Notes: a model not told the origin generated them from the letters alone. A DNA stretch of 64,000 bases, filler included, from Sanchytrium tribonematis (GCA_018985235.1; 12 parts of 12 records of this genome joined end to end with filler, not necessarily neighbours in it); one strand, 5' to 3'. Numbered from the whole stretch's first letter, positions 25,147-38,011 are shown. Numbers and translations are program-made.

Positions 25147-26549
25147 ATGGCAAACAAAAAGCAGACACCGGTAAAGACTAAAAGAAAAGCTTTACGTGAT
25201 CTAGCAATTCAAAGACTATCTTTAAAAGAAATTTCAAGAAAATATAACACAACTCCAAAGACAATTCGCGACTGGACAAAAAATGCGCATAACATTTTAA
25301 ATTTTAAAGGGAGAGATTCGCGTAAAATGGTACCACTTGGACATAATATAAAATTCGCAAGTATTGAAGAGATTACTATTGAAAGAATTAAGTTTATGAT
25401 GGAATGCAAAATGATTATTAATTATGAATTGATTAAAAAATGGATTGAAAACCAAGAATTAGAATGTGTATTAGATGGATCTTTCAAAATATCATTAAAT
25501 TGGTAAAAGAAATGGATTACTTAACAGATCAACTACACAATCCACTAAAAAAGAAAATATGGAATTAACAAATTCAGCTGCACCACATATGATGTTAGAA
25601 AAGAATCTGCAAATTATACGGACGATAAAATTTTATTTATGGATGAAACCGCTATTTGGATGGATGTTGGGAAACCAAAAACTGTTGCCAAAAAAGGTGC
25701 AAATGTAGTCCCGATTTTTAGTGGTTTTAATGAAAAGATAAATATTACATTTATGATTGCAAATAAGAAAAATGGATCCAAAATTAATTTTATTGTAAAT
25801 GCAACAACAAGTGCAGCTAAATTAGACACTATTGAAATCAAAGAAGATTGTATTATGGGATATACTAAAAAAGGATGGGTTACTTAATCATTATTAATCA
25901 AATATTTGAATTACATTTTACCATTTGGAAATGCATTGCTTATTTGGGATCATTGTTCAGCACATGGAGCTTCTAGAATGGAAAATATTATGAGTGAATA
26001 TTTGGCAAATAAGAAAATCAAATGCTTATATGTTCCAAAAGGTGCAACTGGATATTGCCAAGTAGCAGATGTGGCAATTATTAGATCTTTAAAGTGTAAT
26101 ATCAGAAAGTCTATTAGAAACTTTTATACTGAACAAGTTAACAATTTATGGGAAAATTCTGAATTGTCAAAAGTATTAAAAAAACCACCTATTGGTAATT
26201 TTAGAAAATGGATTGTAGAGCATTGGAATCAAGTTCCACTTTCCATTATTGAAAATGGTTTGCAAACATGCTACTACAGTGAAAATATTGAAGATTTGCA
26301 CATGGCAAAAGTGAATGACCTGAGTATTTAATATTAATTTAGAAAGAGATTTTTTAAATGCATGGAAAAGAGTCCAAATGTTTGACGAAGTCATGGCTTC
26401 TTTAACTGGAGGTCCAGCATATTCTGGCTCATTTGATTTTTGCGATGATATTGAGATTACTGATGAAGGAACTCCAGTTTTTGACTTTGAAAATCAAACT
26501 GAAGAGCCAGAAGTGATGGTGTATTCATTGTTAAGTGAAGAAGAATAAA
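25147..26549 (+). mobile_element. Degenerate pogo/Tigger (CENP-B-like HTH plus DDE_1) transposase
   Basis: HTH ISRKYNTTPKTIRDW, MDETAIW, KGWV, WDHCSAH and TGYCQVADVAIIRSLK; in-frame stop and frameshifts. Confidence 0.8.
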
Positions 26550-26662
26550 TATATTGATTTGANNNNNNNNNNNNNNNNNNNNNNNNNNNNNNNNNNNNNN
26601 NNNNNNTTAATTAATTAANNNNNNNNNNNNNNNNNNNNNNNNNNNNNNNNNNNNNNNNNNNN

Positions 26663-27323
26663 ATTTGACTTTGTGCCCGGTAAAATCATTATTAGATGTG
26701 ACGTCTTGACTATTGGAGGTTGGATTGGAACTTCTGTAGTAGTCTTCACTGGAAAGTCCCCCTTTGGCATTGAATCCCCTAGTGGTGGGATTTCCTCCAT
26801 GAAATTTCTGAACTTGTGCTGCTGCCTTTTCTCTCTCTCCAGTAAGCACATTAGGGTTTGCAATCATTTCTGCCATTGTTTTCAACTTATGCCTAACATT
26901 AATTCCTGTATCCTTCCCATTATCAATACACTGGTATGTATTAAGATGACCAAGTTGATTTACAATGTTGATGACGGTACTAATATTTCGCTCAGATCCG
27001 TGTTTAATTAGATAATCTAATAAACTCAAAGATTTATAAATTCCTCTCCAAGAAGATATTTGCGTGTTTGCACATTTTTCATGCAAGAATCGTAGCGCAA
27101 ATGAAAGCGCCGTTAAGTTTCCCACATTATTAAAATTATTTGGGCTTTGATGTCCAGTATTGGAATCACACATTTTGACCAATTGCTGTAAATCTTTCGT
27201 GTCATGGCCCCATGGGTCATTATTTGTCAATTTGTTAAGTAATGCTTCAAGAGGGCTGTATTGGAAAACTGTAGATTTCACAGTTTCAATCAATGAATTA
27301 ATTTGAAAATTTGAAAAATTCAT
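26663..27323 (-). CDS. ENTH-domain epsin-related protein (3' truncated)
   Basis: TNNDPWG, WRGIYKSLSLLDYLIKHGSE and GKDTGINVR. Confidence 0.85.
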
Positions 27324-27486
27324 TTGGTTGTTTCAGGTGAAAACCCATAATATGTGCAGGTACTAGTAAATATTGCTTGCAATCATTGGCTACACAGTAT
27401 GGATCTACAAGAAGTTCTAAAAATACAGATTTGGTCAAATTCATATGGAAAGGGGAAAGTTGTAAAACTAATATCTTGATTTTCAA

Positions 27487-28899
27487 ATGGATGTGGGTGC
27501 TAAGTTCTATGTGAAATACAAGCCTTTAAAAAATAATGACACTGATTATGAAATTCAAGAGAACGCAATTGTTTACAAGGGAACTGAATATCCAGTTGAG
27601 AAAATTGTCCATCCTGGTGAAAATGCATTCGAAAAAATGGATATATTATTAGAACATGTTATGCGATTTCACGAAGGAACTAATACCTCTATATTTACTT
27701 ATGGTTACAGCAATGCGGGTAAATCTTATACCTGGTTTGATAGTAATAACGGAATTATATGGCCATTAATTGAAGATTTATTTAAATACAAATCGAATGA
27801 ATTTGAAATAAGACTAAGCATATGCGAGCTTTATAACGGGAGATGGAAGGAACTTACAACAAAGACTGATGACCTGAAAGTAATCGAAAAAAATTCCATG
27901 ATACATTTTTATTCTAGCCTAAATATGAAGAATTCGCTTTGTTCTACAGTTCATACCATTGAAGAATTTAAAAGCAAAGTAGTCTCTGCCTTGAAGATTA
28001 GAAAGGTTGCTTCTACTCAAAACAATTTGACCTCATCTCGTTCACCGTTAGTCTTTAACATATATTTGGCCGAGCCACAGGAAAAAGGTATACGATACAT
28101 TTCACGATTAGGGTTATTGGATCTAGCTGGAAATGAACGTTTGGGTCATTTTACAGGCAAAAAAGAACAAACAACGGAGGCCAAATATATAAATGCTGAT
28201 ATTTATGGACTTACCCAATTGATTAGACAAATTTCTAAATCGCAGAAGATATACAGTCACAACTACAGAACTCCTCTTACACGGGTATTTGCCCAGTGCA
28301 AATTTTTGACTGTTATTGGATGTGTAGATTTTTGCAGCAAGGATTTTACAGTGTCTATCTTGCAATTTCTGACTGAAGGAACTAAAATTCCAAATTACTG
28401 CCCCGATTTTCAAAAAAGGCACGATTCTGGACTTGCGTTGGATAACAATGTAGAAGAATTACCACAAACTGATGAAATAGGTATAGATACTCAAGATCTG
28501 ATTGATTTCTCAAGTTTGCAAGAAATGATTCATTCCTCCTTAAGTCAATTTAACTTGGAGATAAGCGGAAAGCTTGAAGAAAATCTATCTTTATTACTTG
28601 AAAAGTTAAATTTGCTTTATAACGAAAAAAGTCAGATTTTTGATCATTTAAAAAGTTTTGGATGGAATGACTCTATCGGAATATTGCCTTGGCTGACCGA
28701 AAAACTAAGGAAGCGTGACATTTTGACTGTCATTGGGAAGGAAAAGGTATTAGAAGGGAAGAAGTTGAGTCAAAAAAAAGGCATTGACTATATACCCCAA
28801 TTCTTTTCTGTCGATGATCCAGAAAACATTCCACCGCCTCAAGGCAAAAAAAGAGGAAAAACAGATGTTCAGAAAAAATTGAGACGCAAACACCAATAA
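27487..28899 (+). CDS. Divergent kinesin motor protein
   Basis: P-loop YGYSNAGKSYT, ELYN, switch I SSRSP, switch II LDLAGNE, LTRV. Confidence 0.8.
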   Translation: MDVGAKFYVKYKPLKNNDTDYEIQENAIVYKGTEYPVEKIVHPGENAFEKMDILLEHVMRFHEGTNTSIFTYGYSNAGKSYTWFDSNNGIIWPLIEDLFKYKSNEFEIRLSICELYNGRWKELTTKTDDLKVIEKNSMIHFYSSLNMKNSLCSTVHTIEEFKSKVVSALKIRKVASTQNNLTSSRSPLVFNIYLAEPQEKGIRYISRLGLLDLAGNERLGHFTGKKEQTTEAKYINADIYGLTQLIRQISKSQKIYSHNYRTPLTRVFAQCKFLTVIGCVDFCSKDFTVSILQFLTEGTKIPNYCPDFQKRHDSGLALDNNVEELPQTDEIGIDTQDLIDFSSLQEMIHSSLSQFNLEISGKLEENLSLLLEKLNLLYNEKSQIFDHLKSFGWNDSIGILPWLTEKLRKRDILTVIGKEKVLEGKKLSQKKGIDYIPQFFSVDDPENIPPPQGKKRGKTDVQKKLRRKHQ

Positions 28900-28942
28900 A
28901 ATAATACAAACTACGCGCTGGTTTGGAACCCCTTGTGGCAAA

Positions 28943-29989
28943 ATGATCTTATTAGTTTCACTTTTTCTTTCAAAATTAATAGAGTTGACACCAGAAACAT
29001 TTGACTCGTTTGTTGGCGGTGACAAACCAGCCTTTGTAAAATTCTATGCCCCATGGTGCGGACATTGCAAAGCCATGGCTCCAGATTTCTTGAAACTGGG
29101 TGATGCTTATGATGATGTTATCATTGGCAACTTGGATGCAGACAAGTACAAAAATTTAGGCGAAAAATATGGTGTTACAGGCTTTCCTACATTGAAGTTT
29201 TTCCCACCAAAAAGTTTAGAAGCTGAAGAATATAGTGGTGGTAGATCTTTGGATGATTTTACGGCCTATCTTAAAGAAAAGACGGGTGTGGGCGCGTCAA
29301 TCAAGAAGTCTAAATCATACGTATTGGATTTGACAGACTCATCTTTTTCAAAGCATGTCGACGGCAGCAAGGATGTATTGGTCGAATTTTATGCTCCGTG
29401 GTGTGGTCATTGTAAAAAATTGGCGCCGGAATATGAAAAGGTTGGTCTTGCATTCGCAAACGAAGAAAATTGCGTGGTAGCTAAAGTCAATGCGGAGGCA
29501 GAGACTAACGTTGCTTCCAAGTACGATATTAAAGGTTTCCCTACTTTAAAATTTTTTCCTAAGGGTGGAAAGAAAGAGCTTGAGTTTGATGGAAAACGTG
29601 ATGAAGCTGGAATAATCAAATATTTGAATGAAAAATGCGGCACCTCAAGACTACCGGGGGGTAAGTTAGAGTCTACTTTTGGTACTATTAAAGAGCTCAA
29701 TGACTTAGTTGTCGAATTTTTGAAATCTTCAACTCCTGCTACTGTTATTAAAAAAGCAACTACTGCGGCCACAAAAATCAATACCAATTTTTCTAAATAC
29801 TATTATAAAGTAATGGAAAAAATTGTTAAAAATAAGGATTTTGTGGCTTCTGAAATTACACGCTTAGAAGAAATTTTGAAAGGAGATTTATCTGCAGCCA
29901 AAAGAGACTCATTTTACATCAGAATGAACATCCTGAACTTATTTAAAGGTGGTGACAAATCTATTGAAGCGGATTCCGATGAATTATAA
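28943..29989 (+). CDS. Protein disulfide isomerase, ERp38/PDI-D type
   Basis: Two FYAPWCGHCK thioredoxin domains, ERp29-like helical C-terminus, ends SDEL. Confidence 0.93.
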   Translation: MILLVSLFLSKLIELTPETFDSFVGGDKPAFVKFYAPWCGHCKAMAPDFLKLGDAYDDVIIGNLDADKYKNLGEKYGVTGFPTLKFFPPKSLEAEEYSGGRSLDDFTAYLKEKTGVGASIKKSKSYVLDLTDSSFSKHVDGSKDVLVEFYAPWCGHCKKLAPEYEKVGLAFANEENCVVAKVNAEAETNVASKYDIKGFPTLKFFPKGGKKELEFDGKRDEAGIIKYLNEKCGTSRLPGGKLESTFGTIKELNDLVVEFLKSSTPATVIKKATTAATKINTNFSKYYYKVMEKIVKNKDFVASEITRLEEILKGDLSAAKRDSFYIRMNILNLFKGGDKSIEADSDEL

Positions 29990-30029
29990 TAAATAATTTC
30001 TTCGTTTTACATTATCTCCTAATACTTAA

Positions 30030-30346
30030 ATGACGGAAGATCCTTGGGAGCAGCTTAAAGACAAAGAAGGCAGAACGTTTTTTTATAACAAATTTACTAA
30101 AGAGACAGCTTGGATCAAACCGGACTTTAAAAACCCATGGAAAGAAATAAAAGATGATAATGGCGAAACTTATTTCTATAATTCTATTACAAAGCAAACA
30201 CAGTGGGAGGATCCAAAGTTTGTGCAAGAGATCGATGAGTCAGAAGCAGAAAGCATGAGTATTGATGAAGTAGTAGAGGAAGAAACACCTAACATAACTC
30301 CAAAAGAACAATTTGTAGCATTACTTGAAAGAAACGGAATAGATGA
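30030..30346 (+). CDS. PRP40: Prp40 (WW-WW-FF splicing factor), N-terminal part
   Basis: Two WW domains; overlaps by 167 bp with the contig starting at 49339. Confidence 0.85.
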
Positions 30347-30446
30347 NNNNNNNNNNNNNNNNNNNNNNNNNNNNNNNNNNNNNNNNNNNNTTAATTAATT
30401 AANNNNNNNNNNNNNNNNNNNNNNNNNNNNNNNNNNNNNNNNNNNN

Positions 30447-30920
30447 TGAATTGCATTTGGTTTGATTCACTCCAGTCCAAACCAATTTATTATCAACTTC
30501 TCTTATTTTGACTACATTTTCCACTTTTAACAAGTCAATAAACTCTTCATTATATAATTCTAAAAAGGATACTTGTATATTTGGATTTTCTAGTTTGTTT
30601 GATTCTGTGAATATCCATTTTAATGCATTTGGAAGCAACCCATTCGGATAATTAATATCTGTGCCCAAAGTATATGTTTTCCCACTTCCTGTTTGTCCAT
30701 AACATAATAATGTGCAATTATATCCTTGGATAAACTGATTTAAGAGTGGTAAACACGCGTCATTAAAAACATCTTCATTTTCAGTCTGACTTGGATAAAC
30801 AGAGTCAAATGTAAAGGGTCTATTGCCTAATAAGACACAATTTTCTTTAAATAAACTCACACATTCTGTATCTGTAGATGGTTTTATTCTCAATTTGACA
30901 TTTACAGAATTTTGATTCAT
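30447..30920 (-). CDS. Kinesin motor domain N-terminal fragment (kinesin-4-like)
   Basis: FTFDSV, GYNCTLLCYGQTGSGKTYT and VSFLELYNEEFIDLL. Confidence 0.88.
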
Positions 30921-30974
30921 TTTATAATGTTTGAAAATCAAAAAAGCCACATATTGAATAGTGTATTTATTGTA

Positions 30975-31202
30975 TTAGAAATCATAGACTCTTCCTTTTC
31001 TTTCCCAGTCATTATATCTAGTGGGTTCAGGTCCTTTAGGTCCATTAAATTCTTCTTCCATTTTGGATGTTTTTGGTGATTTGGATGGATGTGTAGGTGT
31101 AGTATAGATATTTTCAGATGATTTGGACTGATTTAATGCATTATTAGTGGTTGTTTTTGATTTAGAGGCATTTCGAAGTACTCGAGTGATTTGACCAAAC
31201 AT
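30975..31202 (-). CDS. SDHAF4: Succinate dehydrogenase assembly factor 4 (Sdh8/DUF1674)
   Basis: GPKGPEPTRYNDWERKGRVYDF C-terminus; presequence-like N-terminus. Confidence 0.9.
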   Translation of the reverse strand: MFGQITRVLRNASKSKTTTNNALNQSKSSENIYTTPTHPSKSPKTSKMEEEFNGPKGPEPTRYNDWERKGRVYDF

Positions 31203-31304
31203 GGGGAATTCTCAAATTTGATTTAAATGCCATTAATCTTTCCAATTGAGTTTATTAGAATTTATAACTCAATGAATGACTGCATAATACTCTGTAATCC
31301 ATTG

Positions 31305-33078
31305 CAGAGATCGGAAAAAATTAATTTAATTTCAAATTAATTGCAATTAATTAATTGAAATTGGTAATTGGAAAAGGCTAGTAATTGACCAATTAGTAAT
31401 AAAATGCTTCATATCCTTTGAATTCCACTTTTATTTGGATTATACAGGTTTCTGTAAGATTTTTACTCAATTCGACAATTTTTCTAACAGAATATGAACT
31501 CCAAATTGTCCCAAAAAGAAGTGGCACAATTTTACTTTGACTTTAGCAATTCAGAAAACAAAAGTCACAAGTGCAAGTGCGTTACTAGCATCACAATGCC
31601 AAAGAATGGTGGATACACCAACTATTTTAATCATGTTAGATTAAAACACAAAGATTATATTAGCGAGGTTACATCTGTAAGATCTTTTAGTCAGAAAAAA
31701 CTGTGTACAGATAGTTCTATTAATACATATAAATGGATACGCTGGATTCTTGAGGAAAATGTTCCTTTTACTTTTGTAGATTCCAAATGGACCCGGATGA
31801 ATAGCAATTTGAAAGCAATAAGTAGCAAAACTGTAACTGAATATATGAAAAAAATGGTTCCAATGGTAGAACAAAAAATAGCAGATTCTTTGCCAGAGAA
31901 AATTGGAATTATGTTTGATTCTTGGAAATCATTTGGTTCCAACTATGTTGGCATTTTTGCAATATTGTTAAATAAACAAGAACCGGTCTTAATCTCCCTC
32001 TCTGTGCTAGAAAATGAGGAGTCTCAAAATGCAGCCGAATTTAAAAAAAAATTAGAGACAATTTTACCACTTTTTGGTAAACAAATGAAAGATGTTTTGT
32101 TTTATGTATTAGACAATTGTTCCACCAATCAATCTATGAGTAATCTTTCTCATAAACCAATGATTGGATGTTATTCACATCGATTAAATTTAGCTGTAAG
32201 AAGATACATGATGAAGCACGAAACATTATTTGAGAGGGTACTACTTCTTTATTTAGTTAAATAACTTAATGAAAAAATTAAAAACATCAACTTTCTCTGC
32301 CTGGTTACGATCTGCAATGGGTGAAGGAAACAATTTAGTGGCAATTACAAGAAGTGAAACAAGATGGGATCAAGATTTTGCGATGCTTGATAGATATTTC
32401 CTTATCAATTGATTAACAAGTATCCAAATGATTTTGAGCATCACTTGTCAATTGATGCAGAAATAATTAAGCATAAATCATTTGAAAATGCAATAGTCAA
32501 AGTAATTGATGGCGAAGAAAATATACTAACTAAAATTGAAAAACTGGCTGTTAAGGGCTTTATGACTAACTCAAATTTTGATGAAGAATTTGTTACTGAT
32601 ACTGAATTAAATGAAGAATCGGATTGGACTGCTAAAATCCTTGAAACTCATGCTAGAAAAAGAAAAAAATTAAATAGCAAGTATGTAGATTTGAGCAACA
32701 TCAATCCAACATCAAATAGATGTGAAAGATTGTTTAGTCAGGTCCGGCATATATTTACCAGTGTTAGAAATCGTTTGTCTCCAATAATGTTGGAAAATGC
32801 TGTATTTTTAAAATACAACACTAGTTATTGGGATGTTTCCATTGTTCAAGCAGTGGAAAGAAACGAATTGGCAAGTGAAGTGGACAAAGACTGCGACATT
32901 ATTTCTGAATCATTGATCTAGTGCCAGAATATGAATAAATTGCGTACAAAAAATATTTTGATTGCAATTCAATTAATGCCAATTAATTGCAATTAATTAA
33001 TTGATTAATTAATTGATTAATTAATTGGAAGCGATTTAGGGCACTAATTTAATTGCAATTAAATTTTTCCGATCCCTG
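31305..33078 (+). mobile_element. hAT DNA transposon with TIRs and 8-bp TSD; internally deleted transposase with intron 32238-32256
   Basis: TSD atccattg at 31297-31304 and 33079-33086; TIRs CAGAGATCGGAAAAA / CAGGGATCGGAAAAA; FDSW, DNCSTN, CYSHRLNL, TRW and PTSNRCERLFS. Confidence 0.95.
32238..32256 (+). other. 19-nt GT-AG intron gtactacttctttatttag
   Basis: Continues the transposase as FER|LNNLMKKLKT...SETRW. Confidence 0.8.
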
Positions 33079-33130
33079 ATCCATTGTACATTGGTGTCAC
33101 TTTTGCAACCAATAGAATTTCATTGTTGCA

Positions 33131-33887
33131 ATGGCATTACTGGGTGATTGTGAAATATTATACAAGTATTATAATGAGGAATATTTCGAAAGTCAATTAG
33201 ATGTCAATGTGACTCCCATTTCATCTGATTTCATCGATGATATCGCTGGAAGAATCACATGGCGTAGCCCTGTAAATCAAGATGAAGAAAACCAAAATCC
33301 AAATGTTGATCGACGCATCGAAAATAAAAGAGGATTTGGTGAAGACATTAAATTGCCATGACGGAATCAGATTTTCAAATTTTTTTGATTCACAAATTAA
33401 TGACCCATTTGATAGATTTAATCTAGAAAGTGATTCTGTATTGAGATTGTCACCAGGATTAGAACAAAAAGAAGGTGGAGTCCCCCAAAGATTAAAATTT
33501 GTACAACCAAGTGGATCCAGTGGACCAATAAGACCCAGTCCAAGTGGACCAAGTGGCATGCCAGCAACAGCAACAGCTAGAACACCACTTGGACAGATTA
33601 CTGGACAGGTTGATTCAAGTAATCCTGTGAGAAACAAAAGAAAGAGTGGAAGTGATGATGAAGAGAGTGACAATGACAGTGACAGCGATGATGATATTGG
33701 TCGTCATCCTCAATCAAAGCGACCTAAAGGAAATTCACAGCCTACAGGGAATTCACCGCCAATTATGGAGAATCATTTTACCTTTTATATTGGGGGCGAT
33801 AAAGTAACTGCTACGGGACAAGAAACCCCACCTCATGTTAAATCAAGTTTCCCTGATGAAAAGTCTGCTGTTGCAGCCGCCGCATAA
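33131..33887 (+). pseudogene. Low-complexity (S/G/P, acidic) ORF with a frameshift near 33358, next to the hAT
   Basis: Overlapping ORFs 33131-33361 and 33282-33887; no fitting 19-nt intron found. Confidence 0.35.
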
Positions 33888-33898
33888 AATCAATAAAA

Positions 33899-34130
33899 TC
33901 ATTTGCGATTTATTTCTGCTGTAGAAACCACGACGCTGCTGCCATGCTCATATAGCGGATTAAATGATTCTTTAGCCAGTGATTGATACAGTGGATTCTC
34001 ATTGATTTCTGCACTCAAGAATTCCTTTCGCCATTGCGCATCAAATCGTTTGTATAACACTTTGGAATAAACCAGCCAGGCTATTAATCCACCTGCAATC
34101 ATCATAATCATACTACATTTTGCCAAAGAA
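33899..34130 (-). CDS. C-terminus of a type I membrane protein with an integrin-beta-like dual NPxY tail (5' truncated)
   Basis: TM-like MIMMIAGGLIAWLVY followed by ENPLYQSLAKESFNPLYE. Confidence 0.7.
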
Positions 34131-34230
34131 NNNNNNNNNNNNNNNNNNNNNNNNNNNNNNNNNNNNNNNNNNNNTTAATTAATTAANNNNNNNNNNNNNN
34201 NNNNNNNNNNNNNNNNNNNNNNNNNNNNNN

Positions 34231-37200
34231 GAGATTGACAGAAAATTTTTCGACGGAAAGCTTTTGCACTCCGAAACATACATAGGTGGTCACGTTGAGG
34301 CTTTGAAGGCTGGAGTGTATAGGAGTGATTTGCTTTACGATTTTAAATTGAATCCAGCCAGATTTGAGGAACTTCAGAAGGATTTTGACGAGGCCGTAAG
34401 AGTAAACGTGGAACATGAAATGGGTTTGAAAATGGAAGACGTTGAAAATTTTGAAGAATCAAAATTGGAAATATTTGAGAGGCTCGACGCTCTTAAAGAA
34501 AACTTTAAATTTCAAGACTTCCCTCTCATATATCATTTGGACGTGGGAGCGATGTATCCCAATATTATATTAACAAATCGACTGCAACCTGACGCTATGG
34601 TCACAGAAGCTGATTGCGCTCAATGTGATTTTAATAGACCCGAGTCAAACTGCCAAAGACCGATGACTTGGACATGGAGGGGGGAAATGTATCCTTTAGA
34701 AAAAGATTATATAGCGTCAGTTGAAGACCAATTAGAAAAAGAATGTTTTAAAATTGGTAAAGAAAATGTACTTTACAAGCAGTTGCCGCTGGATCATCAG
34801 ACCAAATTGTTACGAGAAAGAGTGGTTGATTTAAGTAAAAAAATGCACAATAGAGTCTACGTAACTGAGGAAACTGATAAAGTCTCTACTGTTTGTCAGC
34901 GTGAAAATAGTTTTTACGTCGATACAGTTCGAAACTTTAGAGATCGCCGGTACGATTATAAAGCTGGTTTAAAAAAATGGAAAAGGAAGCTTCAATCCGC
35001 TAAAGAGAACCAAAACTATCAAGAAATCGAGGAAGCTTCCAAAATGGTAGTTATAATGGACAGTTTGCAACTTGCACATAAATGCATACTAAATTCCTTT
35101 TATGGCTATGTAATGCGCAAAGGTAGTCGGTGGTTTTCTATGGAGATGGGAGGAATTGTTTGCTGGACTGGCAGTAAAATTATTCAAACTGCTAGATCCG
35201 TCGTAGACGATATCGGTTTTAGTTTAGAGCTTGATACAGATGGAATTTGGTGTGTTTTGCCAAAGAGATTCCCAGAATTTGTATCTTTAAAAATGAAAAA
35301 CGGGAAAGATGTGAAAATTAGTTATCCATGCTGCATCTTGAATTATAAAGTCTATAAGAATTTTACCAACAATCAATACCAGACTTTGATTAACAAACTC
35401 TCTTATGAACTTAAAGCAGAAAATTCTATCTTTTTCGAGGTCGACGGCCCATATAAATTAATGCTTTTACCCGCAAGCACTGACGAAGATCGGCTATTAA
35501 AAAAACGCTATGTTGTGATTGACGAAGATGACCGTATCACAGAACTTAAAGGCTTTGAAATCAAAAGAAGAGGCGAATTGAAAATCATAAAAACTTTTCA
35601 AGAAATTATTTTTAAAGAATTTTTGAACGGAGCAGACCTGAAATCTTGCTACGATCATGTATCAATGAAGTCAAGAAAATTTTTGAATATTCTAACCAGC
35701 AAAGGCGAGAACGTGACTGATCTACAAATTTTTGAATTGCTTTCAGAATACAAAAGCCTCTCCAAGTCTCTTGCAGAGTATGGTAACCAGAAATCAACTG
35801 CCATAACTACTGCTAAAAGGCTAGAGCAAGTTTTAGGAAAAGAAGTTACTGGTGGTTCAAGTTTAGCTTGTACTTTCATCATCTCCAAATTTCCATCTAA
35901 CACCCCTGTCGCTGAAAGAGCCATCCCACTCCAAATTTTTCAGGGAGACGAGCAAACTAAAATTTACTGGTTACAACGTTGGTTAAATGAAAACGACACA
36001 TCCTTTGAGCTCAAAAACATTTTGGATTGGGATTACTATTTTGAACGTTTTTCAAGTGTTCTTCTCAAAATCATAAGCATTCCAGCCATTTTACAAAATA
36101 TCCCAAATCCTTTGCCGGAAGTTCCAATGCCTAAATGGGTTTCCAAATTTAAGACGGCAAAATCCATGGATCTTTCAACATGGGCAAAGTCATCAAATAC
36201 TGAGTCACGCATCGATTCTGTTTCTAGACCTAGTAAGCTGTTCAAGGCCATCCCAGTCCAAAAAGTTGTGGTAGATATTCGAAAGAATTTTTTGAAATAC
36301 CTCGAAGTTCAGTCAAAAAGATGGATACAGCGTTACAAGTATCAAAAAATGACAAGAACTAGGAATTTTGATGAGTTTCAATTAATTCAAATATCGCAGG
36401 CCAATTTGGGCGTTTTTGATTTATTTTATCTTGAGAACAACACAGTTAAATCGATTCGCTTAGATGTACCAAGGACATTTTATACAACACAAGAGACAAA
36501 GACTTTTGTAATGGATGAAGTTACCGTTAAAACTGTCTCAAAAGCGATGCCATCCATTCATAAGGCAATTTATTTTATAACTATGCCGGAAACAGTATTC
36601 AAAACCTTGAACATACAAGAGGGGTTCGAAGAAGACATTAATCTGATTTATACATTATTGCTTCAAACCGGTAGCAATTTTCGATTCCAAAAAACTCCGG
36701 GGTATCTTGCTGAAAAACCAAAAAATATTTTCAAGTTTGATCGAATAATTCCTAACAGTCCGAAGCCTTTTAAATTGAAAGATTTAGAAATAGCTTGCTT
36801 AGATGTGGAAATGAACCAGCAAATGACCATATTGAGCTTCTGCACAAAGCATGAATTAAATATTTTGATATATGCGTCGAATTTTGATCAGACAGGATTT
36901 GAAAAACACTTGGAAAATGCATCGGCAAAAGGGTATTTTGATATTCAAAGGAAAATTTGTACAGTTATATCTGATTATTCTTTATTTTTGTCAAAAGTTA
37001 AACAAATTTACAAAGCTGACATTGTTTTGTATACCAATAATGCCAATGTTTTTTTGGATCATTCAAAATGTAGTCTTTTTATTGAAAAATCACCCCGAGA
37101 ATGGTCTTTCCAGTCATTCACGTGGCAGCAGGATTACTGCAAAGCTCTGTTCACAAGATTAAGTCACATAGTTGATATCGCTGAAGATTTGATTGAAATG

Positions 37201-37911
37201 AGTGTATTTTTAAATGTCCCAATTTGCAATTTATCTAGTTCTCCATTGGTGTTACCTTTTGATATGATGATTCTCAAAGAAATAAAGCTCAACAACGGAG
37301 TGGCCTGGCACAAATATCCAAAAGTTTGTAGTGAATCCTTTCAAATTTTAAATACTGGTATGTCAGATAATATTTGCTTTGAGCTTGACATTCATCATGG
37401 CTTTGTCAATGCCATTTGGAATCTTCAAGGTGATTATAAGATAAACATACTGAAACTGTTTTTGAAAAGAAACTTGAAGGAAGATAAATTGAGAGATTTC
37501 ATAATGCAGCATTTGGAGCACTATTTGAACAATCCTGAAGGTTTATTTTATCACCATGATATGTTAGAAACTATATATAAATATCAAAAAAAGCTTCAAC
37601 ATCAATTAATTACAATTCTGAGTAAGCTCGGATGCAAAATTATTTATGCAGATTTTCACGTAATGTGGATTGACACGCAAAAGGTTAATGAAACAACGGC
37701 GCTTAATTTTATAAAATTTATAGGAAACACAGTCAAACAAGTTCAATTATTCAAATTAATGGACATTAAGGTGTCCCAAATTTGGTCAAAATTGTTATTT
37801 GTAAACAAAAATAATTATGTCGGTAAAAACGTAGAGGACGAAATGGCTTATAAATTAGATTTGTTTTATTATCTGCCAAATGATTTAAGAGAGAACATGC
37901 AATCTATTTTG
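34231..37911 (+). CDS. POL2: DNA polymerase epsilon catalytic subunit (partial at both ends)
   Basis: SETYIGGHVE, YHLDVGAMYPNIILTNRLQP, QLAHKCILNSFYGY, ELDTDG and ELKGFEIKRRGEL. Confidence 0.97.
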
Positions 37912-38011
37912 NNNNNNNNNNNNNNNNNNNNNNNNNNNNNNNNNNNNNNNNNNNNTTAATTAATTAANNNNNNNNNNNNNNNNNNNNNNNNNNNNNNNNN
38001 NNNNNNNNNNN

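Noticed and set aside
25885..25887. In-frame stops in transposons as evidence of stop-codon reassignment
   Set aside because: Conserved genes end in TAA or TGA and their long frames contain no internal stops; the elements also carry frameshifts, so this is decay
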